DNA of 64,000 nt from Squalus acanthias (lineage: Eukaryota), in NCBI GenBank assembly GCA_030390025.1, contig CM059433.1:21330001-21394000 (forward strand). The letters run 5' to 3'. Positions 24,496 to 36,385 of the stretch are shown here, piece after piece. Under the pieces are notes generated by a model. That model was not told the DNA's origin. It made no database searches and saw only the letters and a program-made list of their open reading frames with translations. Made by a program: the position numbers and the translations under genes. Position 1 is the stretch's first letter. Each line of letters starts with the position of its first letter.

Positions 24496-25329
24496 GGGCT
24501 GGATTTTCCAAGCCCCGAGGAGGCGGGCATGGAGGTGGGACAGCCGGTAAACTCGGAGAAAGTGGGGGCGGATGGCAAAGCCGCCCAAATCCCGCCTCCG
24601 TGCCCTTTTGCCAGGAGGCGGGAAGATGTGCAGCTTCGGGTCCCGTCTCTTAGAGGCGGGAAAGGCATTTAATCCTTTTAACTGCCTGTTAACAGGTAGT
24701 TAACAGGCAGAAAAAAGGAGTAGTGCCATTTTACCTTCACAGGTGAAGGCTTCCCTACCTCGGAGAACCCCGCCGGGTTGCAAGAGACGTGGAGGAGGTC
24801 TTCGGTGGTCGGAGGCACCTGAAAGTAAGGTGTAGAGGTGAGTGATGGGTGCAAGTGTGGAGTGGTAAGTATGCAAGGTGAGTGATAAGTTTAAAAAAGT
24901 GTTTACTTACCTTGTTTTCCTCCTACAGCCATTAGCCTGCGGTGGATCGGGAGAGCCGACATCCTGCTTGTCAATTTCACAGACCTCCGTTCCAACAGCC
25001 ATGTGAAATTTACAGATTTGAAAGGTTTGATGAGTCCTGAACACAAGGGCTCATCAAACTACACAGAATGTCAGTGTTTGACAGCTTCACAGAGCTATCA
25101 AACGCTGACATTTCTTCTTTCAAGAAGTCTTGACAGATAGCACGTCTGACGTTGACGTGATCTGTCAGTGACTTCCTCCCTAATTGGCTTGCTGAGCCCG
25201 CAGGGCGGGCTTAACAAGCTCAATCAGGGGAAAATCCCTCTGGTTGGTCAGGCGAGGATGGAGGCAGGACATTGACACGACAAGCAGCTGTCCCACCTCC
25301 AACTCACCTCCATTCACAAAATCCAGCCC
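24496..25329. mobile_element. ~0.83-kb Harbinger MITE inside a CR1 3' fragment (~24440-25395)
   Basis: Perfect TIR GGGCTGGATTTT / AAAATCCAGCCC; ATT TSD; flanks rejoin as GCTGAGTCATTGAGTATATTCAAGG (CR1). Confidence 0.9.
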
Positions 25330-25439
25330 ATTGAGTATATTCAAGGCTGAGATAGATAGATTTTTGGACTCTAGGGAATCAAAGGATATGGGGATTCACA
25401 ATGTTGTTCCAACAAAATTACTTGTACCTATCCTTAGAA

Positions 25440-25619
25440 ATCAGTAGTGAGAACCCAAGCCATTGTTACTCCTCCTTAGTCTACAGACACCGAGACCAGT
25501 TGCTGCAACCACATCACTTGGGATCACCCAACACACGGATCAAACCTGGGATCTTCCTTGTCTGCATGGCCAGTACCACATAGCATGGTGCATTTACCCA
25601 CTGACCGATTCGGGAGCCC
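25440..25619 (-). mobile_element. Old SINE 5' head (AmnSINE2-like)
   Basis: Minus strand GGGCTCCC..CAGTGGGTAAATGCACC..GTGGTACTGGCCATGCAGACAAGGAAGATCCCAGGTTTGATCC; head shared with 26275-26660. Confidence 0.5.
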
Positions 25620-26274
25620 ACTGCAGCATTTTGGTCTCCCTAACACTGCCGCTGGCAGGGAGTGAGAAAGCTAAGGAAATAAAGTTTTGTGGCAACTTGC
25701 TGGGAAAGCCCCCTCAGTCACAGCAGCAAAATGCTGCCCACGTTTGCAGATTTGATTCAAAGGCTCCTCAAAGTAAGAGTTTTGCAGTCCACTGATGCAT
25801 TTCTCAACAGAAATAGAAAGTGATTGATGTTCTGCGTAAAAAGTAAGTCCTGCTAAAAATTGACAAGATAGTGAAAGATGTGATCGTGATATTGACTGGT
25901 TCAAAGTTCATTACAAAGTTTTATGCTAAAAAAATGATGACGCTGAAATAAATTCTGCGCAGTTTTTTCGTGTTGTGCATATTGTCTGGTTCAAATCAAT
26001 AAAGATTGTAAAAAGGGCAAAGATAAATGATTCCAACCTATGGACCAGTACATGCTATCTCCAGACAATCAGGGTGATTCATATTTTAATACATTATTGT
26101 ATCTGTTTGACACTCAGGGTGGGGTAGGATATTGTTCAAGAGGGATTGTAGTTTTTTTTCTCTAATTGGAATTATGTTGTTCGTTCCGAAATTGGATTTC
26201 CTTGCCCTGTTCTGACTGTTTTTTTCTGCTGAATGATATCACTCATTGACTAGTTTTGTTTTGAAATTTTTTCT

Positions 26275-26660
26275 CTCTGGATTCTCCCTTGTCTGAAGGC
26301 AGTAACTGATATTGGTGTACGGTTCCATGGGTGCTGGGAGTCTTTGTGTGTGAGCCTAGCCCTGTCAGCAGTATGTTCCACCATGGAGAGGATCACAGCT
26401 GATGCAGATCCTGTTGTCTACCATTGTTCAGAGATATGCACTATCCAACAGAGCTCACTGGATAGCAGTCAGGAGCTGAAATCCTGGCTAATTTCTACTT
26501 TCTTCTCTGGCCCAGGGTAATGAGGCCAATTGTAATGTCCACATCTCTCCAGCAGACATCAACTGATTTAGCACAGACCAGGGATCGAATCTTAATTTCT
26601 ATAGTTTGGAACTATCTTAATTTCTATGGCTCAGTACCAAACCACACTATGTGCCACTGG
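26275..26660 (-). mobile_element. Ancient tRNA-head SINE (AmnSINE2-like)
   Basis: GGTACTGAGCCATA..TTCGATCCCTGGTCTGTGCT..CAATTGGCCTCA..GCTATCCAGTGA..CCCATGGAACCGTAC; resembles AmnSINE2 from recall; related copies elsewhere in window. Confidence 0.6.
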
Positions 26661-28620
26661 TTTAATATTAAACAATATGGCCCCCTTTTACCTTACCACA
26701 TTGTAGCTTATGTCAGTGTTTTAAGCTCACTGTCAACTTCTCAACCATGTTAGTATTTCAGATGAAAAATCAGCTTTTTCACTTGGATTGAGGTTACCAA
26801 TATGAACCAGCCAGTTGAAGGATAGGACTGAAGGCTGCAAGGACCAGTCAGTCAGATGTTACTGTCTTCAGCTGTTGTTTGTGCATGAATTTGAGGCAGA
26901 AAAATTGAAGATGAGCTGATGGTTTCTGAGAGTTGCAGATACAGGGTATATTATGACTGAACACCTAATGCATTCGCTTGACAGTTCTATTTTAACCTGT
27001 TAATTTAACTTTAGCAGTAAAGTTATATTGAAGTCCAAATAACTATGCTTATTTATATATTTAAACTCTCTGTAACCCTTCCAGGAGAACTTATTTTTGC
27101 TTTGAAAGGTAGAATTATAGTCGGTTCCAAAATACCAGAAAACGCAGCAAATGAAGAGTCAAAAATCAAGGCTTTCTGGGGGGTTGGGGAGGGGAAGCAT
27201 CCATCCAGATTCTCATGTAAAAGAAATCTCACACCTTCTCATTTTCTCCTTCAGTGATTTTTTAATTCTCCACCTCTGCAAACTACACCTTAGTATGTGC
27301 CTGCAGCTTAAATTATGACAAGCCCATGTCCCCACTCCACTTTCAGTGTAAGGCATTCATGCACCATAAGGATTACATTCAGGGCCGTTTCTGTCTTGTT
27401 GGTTGTTTGGGGGCTCCATCAGGTTTTCTGAAGCTGTGGATTCAGTTTTGCTGTTTTTTTTAGTTTGCCACCGATGACTTTGTTGACAATGCCGTGAGGT
27501 CCGAAGGGGCTTTCTCCAAAAACCACAGGGCCCCCACATAAAGAGATGAGCGCCTTCATGACAATGGCACCTTGCCAGCAAATATAAACACCGTTGCTGC
27601 AGGAAGACCCCCATCATCCTCTTTACAAGCCCACAGCTGTGCTGAGCCAACCTATAGAGGCCATCAATGCTGCTTCCCACTCGTGAGGTTGCATGGAGGG
27701 ACGGTCTGATGGCCAGAAATAGTTATGTCAGAACTTGAGAATGCTGAATTGGTGTACTTAAGCAATTTGTTCAACTGTACATCCATTCCCAGGGTGAGAT
27801 TTTCATTAGAGAGTCGAGATAGATGAGAGTTTCTTTTCCTGCACTGAGGATGCGATACGTTGCTGCAGCACTGAGTTTGAATTGAGACATTGGAATTGGA
27901 GCCGCAGTAATTAGGTGATGAGTGTCAGCTTCTGATTTGGACGAGATATTTGGATAAATGAAGCCCTCAAGTACATTGCTTTCACTTTGTGTCGTCAAAA
28001 CTGCAGCCCTGTATTAGAATGCTGAGATCCTGTTAATCGCTTAAAAATTGGATTTTTGAGCAAAACAGCTTAAAAACTGACATTAAATACACCAGCTCTA
28101 ACAGTCCAGCTGCTGAGGTGCTACATTTATGGGTTCTAATGACCTGAATTCAAATTATACTTTTAAATGAACGCCACACTTGACATTTCTTATGAAGAGT
28201 TTATAATCTATGAAATCACTTCAAATGGAAGCGTTGTTGTAAGTGTTCACTCCTGGTGCTGTAGAATTCATCCAGTTTATATTGCAGGGTGGATGTCTCA
28301 GCATCGGCAATTTTCATTTTCTTATTGTTGATCTTCCCCAGTGTTTGGAAAGATCACTGCGCCCTGGCCCAGGTGATTGGGCTGAATACACATCCGGCTT
28401 GAGGTCAGGAAAATTGATAGCCTGGTGTGTGACACACCTCAGGGGTGGCCATTTAAATCTGCCGACAGCACTGTGCCTATGGTGACCTGGTGAAACGAAG
28501 TAGTTAGATGGAGTGGGTGGAGGCTCGTGTGGAGCATAAACACTGGCACCGACCAGTTGGGCCATATGGCCTGTGTCTGTGCTGTAAAATCGATGTAATT
28601 TTATGAAATACTTTGCCTGT

Positions 28621-29239
28621 GTTGGCGTGGCAACAAGAGCAGGTCAGAGGCTGGGTATTCTGCGGCGAGTGTCTCACCCCCTGACTCCCCAAAGGCTTTC
28701 CACCATCTACAAGGCACAAGTCAGGAGTGTGATGGAATACTCTCCACTTGCCTGGATGAGTGCAGCTCCAACAACACTCAAGAAGCTCGACACCATCCAG
28801 CACAAAGCAGCCCACTTGATTGGCACCCCATCCACCACCTTAAACATTCACTCCCTCCACCACCGGCGTACCTGTGGCTGCAGTGTGTACCATCCACAAG
28901 ATGCACTGCAGCAACTCGCCAAGGCTTCTTCGGCAGCACCTCCCAAACCTGCGACTTCTTCCACCTAGAAAGACAAGGGCAGCAGACACATGGGAACACC
29001 ACCAGCTCCAAGTTCCCCTCCAAGTCACACGCTATCCTGACTTCGAAGTTTATCGCCGTTCCTTCATTGTCGCTGGGTCAAAATCCTGGAACTCCCTCCC
29101 TAACAGCACTGTGGGAGTACCTTCACCACACGGACTGCAGCGGTTCAAGAAGGCGGCTCACCACCACCTTCTCGAGGGCAATTAGGGATGGGTAATAAAT
29201 GCCAGCGGTGCCCACATCCCATAAAAACGAATAAAAAAT
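28621..29239 (+). mobile_element. 5'-truncated LINE, same family as 5551-6717
   Basis: IYKAQVRSVMEYSPLAWMSAAPTTLKKLDTIQ..SKSWNSLP..LQRFKKAAHHHLL; A-rich tail. Confidence 0.87.
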
Positions 29240-30912
29240 AAGTCTGGCACCAGAAACTATAGCCAGGTTATCACCTACAGTGCAGCACTGCTGCTGCTGT
29301 CAGAGCTGCTGCTAGTAATGCAATGTACTGTAATTGCAGTCTTATTGGAGGATGCTTTTGTAGCGGTTTCAAGTTGCTGACATTTCAAAGCGCTCCAAAA
29401 ATGTTATAGGCCCCAATGCCATCAACAAACTCACACGAGCACTGCCAAAAGTGTAAGAGTAGATTAGCAAATGAAATTGACAAGCTAAGTAAAAGCGGAG
29501 ATTCACTGGAACTATTCGAGCACATTGTTCCTCAGCACCCCAAGTGAACATTAAACATTAACCAAGTTGGAAAGGCTGTCACAATAGCATTCTTTATCCC
29601 TCCCTCATAATAAAGAGATATGAGTGACTAAAAGCTTTACCAAAGAGGTCAGTTTTAAGGAGGCTTTTAAAAGAGAGAGAGGTGGAGAGGCAGAGAGGTT
29701 TAGGAAAGGAATTTGAGAGCTTATGGCCAAGGTGGCTGGAGGCAGAGCGACCAAAAGTGGGGCGAAGGGAGTGGGGGAATGTACAAAAGGCCTGAGTTGG
29801 AAGAATGCAGAGTTCTCGAAGGGTTGTACGGTTGGAGGAGGTTACAGACATAGGGAAGTGTGAAGCCATGAAGGGATTTGAACACAAGGATGAGAATTTT
29901 AAACTGGAGGTGTTAGGGTACCCCATGTAGCGAATACAAGGGTGATGGATGAGTGGGACTTGGTGTGGGTTAGGATACGAGCAGTAGAGTTTTGGACAAG
30001 CTGGAATTTATAGAATGTGAATAGGAGGCCAGCCAGACGAGTATTCAAATAGTTGAGTCAAGTCTGGAGCTGACAAAGGCTGGATGAGGGTTTCGACAGC
30101 AGATGGGCTGAGGCAGGGCCAAGGTGGATGATGTTACAGAGCTGGGAGTAGGTGGCCTTGATGATTGCTGGGATATTGGGTTGGAACATCAGCTTTTAGT
30201 CAAATAGGACGCCGAGGTTGCGAACACTCAGCTTCAACTTGAAACAGTGGCTGGGGAGGGAGATAGATTCGGATGTGATAGTATGAAGTTTGTGGCATAC
30301 CCTGTAGACTATGGTCTTGGTCTTCCCAGTATTTAACTGGAGGAAGGTGTGGCTCATCCAGCACTGGATGTCTGACAAGCAGGCTGACAACACAGAAACA
30401 GTGGAGAGGTAGAGCTGGGTGTCATCAGCGTAGATGAGGAGTAGGAGGGGGTAAACAACAGATCCTTGGGGAACTCCAGAGGCAACTGCGCAGGGCAGGA
30501 AGAGAAGTCACTGCTGGGGAGGCTCTGGCTAGGATTGGATAGGTAAGAGTGACAAAAGGGTGGCCAGTCTCACTCAGCTAGAGAACAGAGGAGAGGTGTT
30601 GCAGCAGGATGGAGTGGTCAACCGTATCAAGGGCTGCAGAGAGGTATAGAAGCACAAGGAGAGATAGTGCACCATGGTCACAGCCACAGAGGATCTAATT
30701 TGTAAATTTGATTCGGGCCATTTTTCTGAGAGGGGGTTGATGACGGCAGCTTTGAAAGGAAGGGGGACAGGAAAGGAAGTTGGGTGGTCAGCAGTTTAGT
30801 AGGAAAGTGGTCCAGGGAGCAGAAGGTGGGTCTCATGAACAAGATGGGCTCAGAGGGGGCATGAGTGGAGATAGGAGAGAAACTAGAGAAAGACATGGGT
30901 TGAGGGCTAGGG

Positions 30913-33081
30913 TGAAGGAATAATTACTAGTCCTAGCCCCTTTAGGGCTACCCCAGATCAGGCGTATTCCCCAGACGTTCACTTTCAACTAACGTTTGAG
31001 GTAGCTGAATCCTAAAGACGCTTAATTGGGTCTAAAGGTCCAGACTACCTCTCCCTAAAGGAAAGGAACAACCTGAAGATGTTACTGTCCTCCAGATAGC
31101 ACTTTTAATAAGTTTAGTTAGACTATAACGTTCCGGATATTATGAGGGTTCAGATAACTCCCCCAGAATTCTGCAACTCCTCACCAAAGAGCGGACAGAG
31201 ATTGAGTTTGCGAGTTTGATACAGAAGTATTATGTGAGACAATTCTAAAAATATATAGATTTATTAAAGAACCGACATGTAATTACAGTTGGTGATTCAA
31301 TCGCAACATTAACAGTTCCAAAAACAGAACTCTTACAATTCTATTATCAGAGATCCTTATTCTCAAATCTTAACTTCATTACATTTTTACAGTTCTTAGG
31401 GGGAAAAATTCAGTCGCGCCCCGTTTGGGGCGCAAATATCGTCCGGGCGCAAAAATTAGCGCCTGGCGCTAATTATCGCCACCGACTGCAAACTTGACTT
31501 TTATCGCCCCTGGAGGTGATTGCAGCGCTAAATCAGGTGCTTCACACCTGTCTTAAGGCGCAAAGGCCGAGGAGCGAGGCGCTACCTCAGAGCGCTGGCG
31601 AAGCTCATGTAATGTCAGTCAGCAATGGAACACACACACAATGGCACGGGCCAGTTCTTAAAGGGGATGGTTAATCTTGCTTTCCATCCACATCCTGCTC
31701 ATTGCAGCCATGAATCTCGGCCTGGAGAGACCTGCACATCAAATGTGCAGGAAAGAACAATGGAGAGTACCAGGCAAAGAGCTCAGAGTGCAGCCCCCAC
31801 ACTCTCTGCTAAATCGATACAAGGAATGGCAAATCAAAATGAACCTGCAAAGTGCTGCTCAGTACCCAAAACTCCTTCACACAACGTTGAATCTCTCCAG
31901 AAGTCTCTCCCTCTCTCTCTCAGAATGCGTAGTTCAAAAATGGCACCAACAATAAAAGGCAGGAAGCGGTCACCTTTAAATAGCGCTCCCCCTTTCCCTT
32001 CATGACTGCAGAACGCTCCCCTCAACCTGTCGTTGCTAGCGTCAGGCGGTAAGGCAGGGGGCGCCACTCAATATCCGCTCCGGGGCGATACCGGGGCGTT
32101 GCGCACTCGAGTGACGTCATGATCTGCCGGCGCAGGAGATCGCGGCGATAAAGTTTAGCGCCGCCGCAACATGTCTAGTTAAGTTCGCGAGCGGCGCAAA
32201 CATCACTGCGCCTGGGCGCTAGCTGCTTTGCGCCCCATTAGCGCCCTCTTAAGGCGCTAACGGGAGGCGCAACCAACTGAATTTTTCCCCCTTAGTCTTT
32301 ATTCCAGGATATCCACCAAAATCAAATACAGTACAATACCTTGATCCCCGAGGTACAAAGAGTTGTAGACTTACAGAGCTTGCCTCTGAAGCCTGAGAAT
32401 CGCTTTGCCCCTTTACAGCGAGACTATCATCCCATTTGGAAGTTCAATATTTATATCTTTTTTCAGTGGTATGTCCTTTGAAGTTTTCTGCTGATGTAAG
32501 CTAATTATCTCTAGTCACTTTTCTGCTAGCCCCTGCTATTCTTACAGTCAGTTCAGCTGGTAGCATTAAGAATCGTGTCTCCACCTTTAGGTGTCTGAAG
32601 CTTATCATAAAAACGCTGTGATGCATCTATTTGATGTCATTCTTACCAAGGTCTTCTGTTTGTGTCTTTTTACGACGTGTAAATTAAAAACACCTCAACC
32701 GGGTGACCATTGTCTTCTTAGTTACCTCAGCTGGTTGCAACACAGAATTGTGTCTCCTGTGTTTCATTTGATGTCATTTTTACGAAGGCATATGTTTCTT
32801 AATTTTCTGTGTTTCTTTCCAAAGTGTAATTTAAAACCCCTTAACAGGGTGTACCATTGTGTTCTTTCCAAAGCTTCAGACTTCAGGAGCTTCCAACCTC
32901 CAGTTTCAATAAGGTTATTGATTCAGTGTCAACAACTTATCTTATCTCAATAGCCTGTATGCTGTTTACAGCTTCTCCATTGTTAGGTTTTTAGATTTTC
33001 AAGCCCAGTTTGTCATGTTACAAAGGCCAGAATTCTTTCATAAAATGGTGTATTTTTCTGAATATGGCTTATTCCTTCACA
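30913..33081 (-). mobile_element. Probable solo LTR (~1.27 kb after removing the nested MITE)
   Basis: TG..CA ends with inverted TGAAGGAATAA / TTATTCCTTCA; AGGG TSD (30909-30912 / 33082-33085); minus-strand TATAAA at ~32450-32455 and AATAAA at 31260-31265. Confidence 0.68.
31399..32291. mobile_element. ~890-bp Harbinger-type MITE
   Basis: 16-bp perfect TIR GGGGGAAAAATTCAGT / ACTGAATTTTTCCCCC; TTA TSD. Confidence 0.93.
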
Positions 33082-34853
33082 AGGGCAGGGATGAACCTTG
33101 GGAGTAGTTTTGGTTGGTGGGCAAAGAGAAAAGGGAATTCGGCAGAAGCAGCTGAACGGATGGTCTCAATCTTAATGAGAAAGAAATCCATGAGTTCTTC
33201 GTAATTGTCGTTGGAAACGAAGGTGGAGGGGGCAGGGGAGAGGGGTTTAAGGAGACTGCTGGTAGTGGAGAAAAGAGACCGGGGGTTATCTTTTCTTTAC
33301 AGGATGATCCTGGGGTAGTGAGGATTTTTGGCAGAGGAAAGCAAGGACCAATAGTGCGTGATGTGGTCCAGTCAGATCTGGGGATTGTGGCTAAAGCAGT
33401 TTGCGCCCCTTGGATTTGAGTCGCAAAAATTCAGATAACATCTGCATTGCTGATACAAATAAAAACCTGTGGCTGAGGCAAAGCAACTCTTTCCTCGTGT
33501 CTTTGCTCAAATGGTGTAGGAGGGAGAGTTTCGGATTTGTAAGACTTGGGGATGAGTCTTGGGAAAGGTGGAAGTTCGACAGACAGGATCAGTTTCATCT
33601 AAACTGAACTAACACAAAAGGACGGATTTTAACCTTCGGCAGTGGTGGAAAACGGGCAGTGGTGGATCGGCCGCACATTTTACAACCTGCCTGATTTTCC
33701 TTGCCATTAATATGGGAACCGCTGTTTCTGTTTTCTTCATAACTGATTTTGAATGCCTTGCTCTGCCTTATATTCAGTTCCCCTGTCTGCCTTGTGGTGT
33801 CAAATGATACAGTATTGTCAGCTAAATCCAGGTCCTTTGGCGACTGTGTTTCCAAGCTACAATATGCCTTTATCCTCACTATCAATTGTGGGTCCCTGAC
33901 ACTGCTGATAACCCTCTATTCTTCTCCACACCACAATGCAGTCTCACAATGCCCCACACTGTGACTATGCGGTGGTCAAGGTTTTCTGAAAGTCACCAAG
34001 TTCAAGATTAGATTTATTTAGAATTCACAGCTTTCCCTACTCGTAGTCCGAACAGAAAAGTCGAGTCCTTGCATGAGCAGACTGCTCATTTTGTCAGGGA
34101 GTAAGGGCATGGTGTGTGACAGGGTTGCTCATTGAACACAGAAGAAGATATAAAATTATCTTCAAATTTGGTGCTAGCTAGGATTAATTTAGAAAACTTG
34201 TTCACAGAGGTCATAATGATGAAGTTTGTCGAACATTTACAGGCAAGGAAATTGTAGTCCAAAGCAAAACATTTTAATCAATTGTTTCTCGATTAAAGCA
34301 GATTTACTGGGCATTATTGTAAACCAGCAATCGGAGAATCATATCAACATGATGGTAAACTTCCAAATGTTTTTGTGATTTTGATTTGTAGTTGTACAAG
34401 TAATCATAATTTTATGATTCTAATGAGATTTGGTGTCCACGATTTGGGAAAGATGGATTACATCATTTTCCTAGCAATGTAATCATGTTTTCCGCACCAT
34501 AATATAAAATGTGTCGACTATAAGAAAACAGATGATGTTATAAAGTAGGTTAACTGAAATTACAAATGATCTCCCGTGCAATTTATGTAACATGCAAGGA
34601 TATCAATAAGCCAAAGGGTTCAGCTAATTCAATACACAATATATTGTACTATGCAACACTCATTAGGATAAATCATTAACAAGATAGTATTAAATAACCC
34701 AGCAATTGTAAGCTGTTTCATTTTAGTTTTGCTTTGCTTGTTGAACGCTGCTACATACAATTTTATAGACTATCTCAGAGTGCTGAAAATCCTATAGGTT
34801 ACCTCACAAATGACTCATTAAGCAGTGTTGTGCCTGCTAATGGAAGAGCCTAA

Positions 34854-35580
34854 GGGAGAGAAATTCATTATAGCCCGTTTGGGGCGCTAAAACTTCGGAA
34901 GCGGAAAAATTATCGCCAGGCGCTAATGATGAGCGTCTCCCGCGAAATTCAGTTGTAGCGCTCCATGAGGGAAGTGGAGCGCTAAGTCAAGCGTTACCAC
35001 TTCCCTTAGAGCGCTAAAGGGTGTGAGGGGGGCGGTATCGGCGGAGCGCTGATCAATGTTCCGTGCAGCGCTGCCGGATTCGCAGGCTCCGTCCCTCCCT
35101 TAAAGGGAAGGGCCAATGCTCACAGCAGTTAAAGGTAGGACTGGGGATGGGTCGGCGACGGCACCCGCGATCTGCGAGGAGCAGCCCCAAGCACTCTGAG
35201 TGCAGGGCTGATCAATCGCGGCAATGAAAAATTAAAAAAAACAGCACAAAAGGGTGAGAATTTGTTTTTGGCCTACCTCACTGCTCCCCAAGCGGTCACA
35301 ACGCCTCCTGCAGCTGCCGTTGCTGATGCTCGACGAAGTTGTAGGGGGCGGAAGCGAATTTGGGATCCGGGGTGGGAACGGGGCGATGCACACCAGATGA
35401 CGTCACGATCTCTGGGGTGCAGGAGATTGAGGCAGTAAGTTTTACCGCTGGCGCTACCCACCCCCCCATTGAATTTCGCGGGAGTTGATTCTTTCGCCGC
35501 GTCGGTCGGTAAGTCGTTAGTGCCCCATTGTCGCCCCGGAGGTGATAACTGGAGGTGCAAAGGAGGCCAATTTCTAGCCC
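34854..35580. mobile_element. Harbinger-type MITE related at its ends to the 890-bp family
   Basis: TAA TSD (34851-34853 / 35581-35583); GGGAGAGAAATT / AATTTCTAGCCC; shares CCCGTTTGGGGCGC and TGACGTCACGATCT blocks. Confidence 0.85.
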
Positions 35581-35621
35581 TAAAGATGTAACCGTGTAAT
35601 ATTAAAAGCATTGAAGACAGA

Positions 35622-35925
35622 GGCCTGGAATTTCCGTCAGGTTGTGCTGGTTTTTTCGGCACAATTCACCCGAAATCGGCATAACCAGCGCAAAGGATTG
35701 TGGAAATTTAAGCGCAAATTGCGGTCAGCGCCAATCAAATTTCCGGGATCTTTTGTGCTAGTTTAAAAAACATCGTACAAGATGCTGACCCGCCCACAAA
35801 TCTGGCCACACCCCCGATCGAATTAATCACTATTGCGAGTTTCTGCTAATTGCGCTCGTTTGCAGGCCTTCGAGGTCAACGAACACTGTTAGATCGCCAT
35901 TATTACCCACCGCAAATTCCGGCCC
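35622..35925. mobile_element. Short MITE related to 9404-9991
   Basis: TIR GGCCTGGAATTT / AAATTCCGGCCC; AATTGCGCTCGTTTGCAGGCCTTC is the reverse complement of 9797-9820; TSD not evident. Confidence 0.6.
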
Positions 35926-35929
35926 AAGG

Positions 35930-36235
35930 ATTGTAGAATCATCGAGAAAGATACCGCACAGAAGGAGGCCGTTCAGCCCACCGTACCTGTGCTTTGAAAG
36001 AGCTATCCATTTAGTCCCACTCCCCTGCTCTTTCCCTATAGCCCTGCAAATGTTTCCACTTCAAGTATTTATCAAATTAGCTTTTGAAAGTTATTATTGA
36101 ATCTGCTTCCATCACTCTCGAAGGCAGTGCATTCCAGATCACAACAACTCACTATATATTTTTTTAAATTTTTTTTCCCCCCTCACGTTGCCTCTGGTTC
36201 TTTTGCCAATTATCCCAAATCCGTGTCCTCCGGTG
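35930..36235 (-). mobile_element. CR1 3' end fragment
   Basis: Similar to the reverse complement of the CR1 tail at 55900-56190. Confidence 0.7.
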
Positions 36236-36385
36236 TAGGCTTGTCAGCAGTGGCTCAGTGGGTAGCACACTCGCCTCTGAGTCAGAAGGTTGTGGGTTCA
36301 CGTGCCACTCCAGGGACTTGAGCACACTAGGCTGACACTCCAGTGTAGTGCTGAGGGACTCCTGCACTGTTGGAGGTGCCATCTT

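Larger units (their letters stand above)
29610..33600 (-). mobile_element. Decayed L2 LINE split by the insertion at 30913-33081
   Basis: Minus-strand CLSDIQCWMSHTFLQLNTGKTK..VRNLGVLFD, YADD, TFCSLDHFPTKLL; GGGCTAGGG|CAGGG rejoins across the insertion. Confidence 0.8.

Noticed and set aside
31625..32005. MEHTHNGTGQFLKG ORF repeated at 3254
   Set aside because: Internal to MITE copies; the 3254 copy stops at 61 aa versus 126 aa here, so the ORF is not conserved
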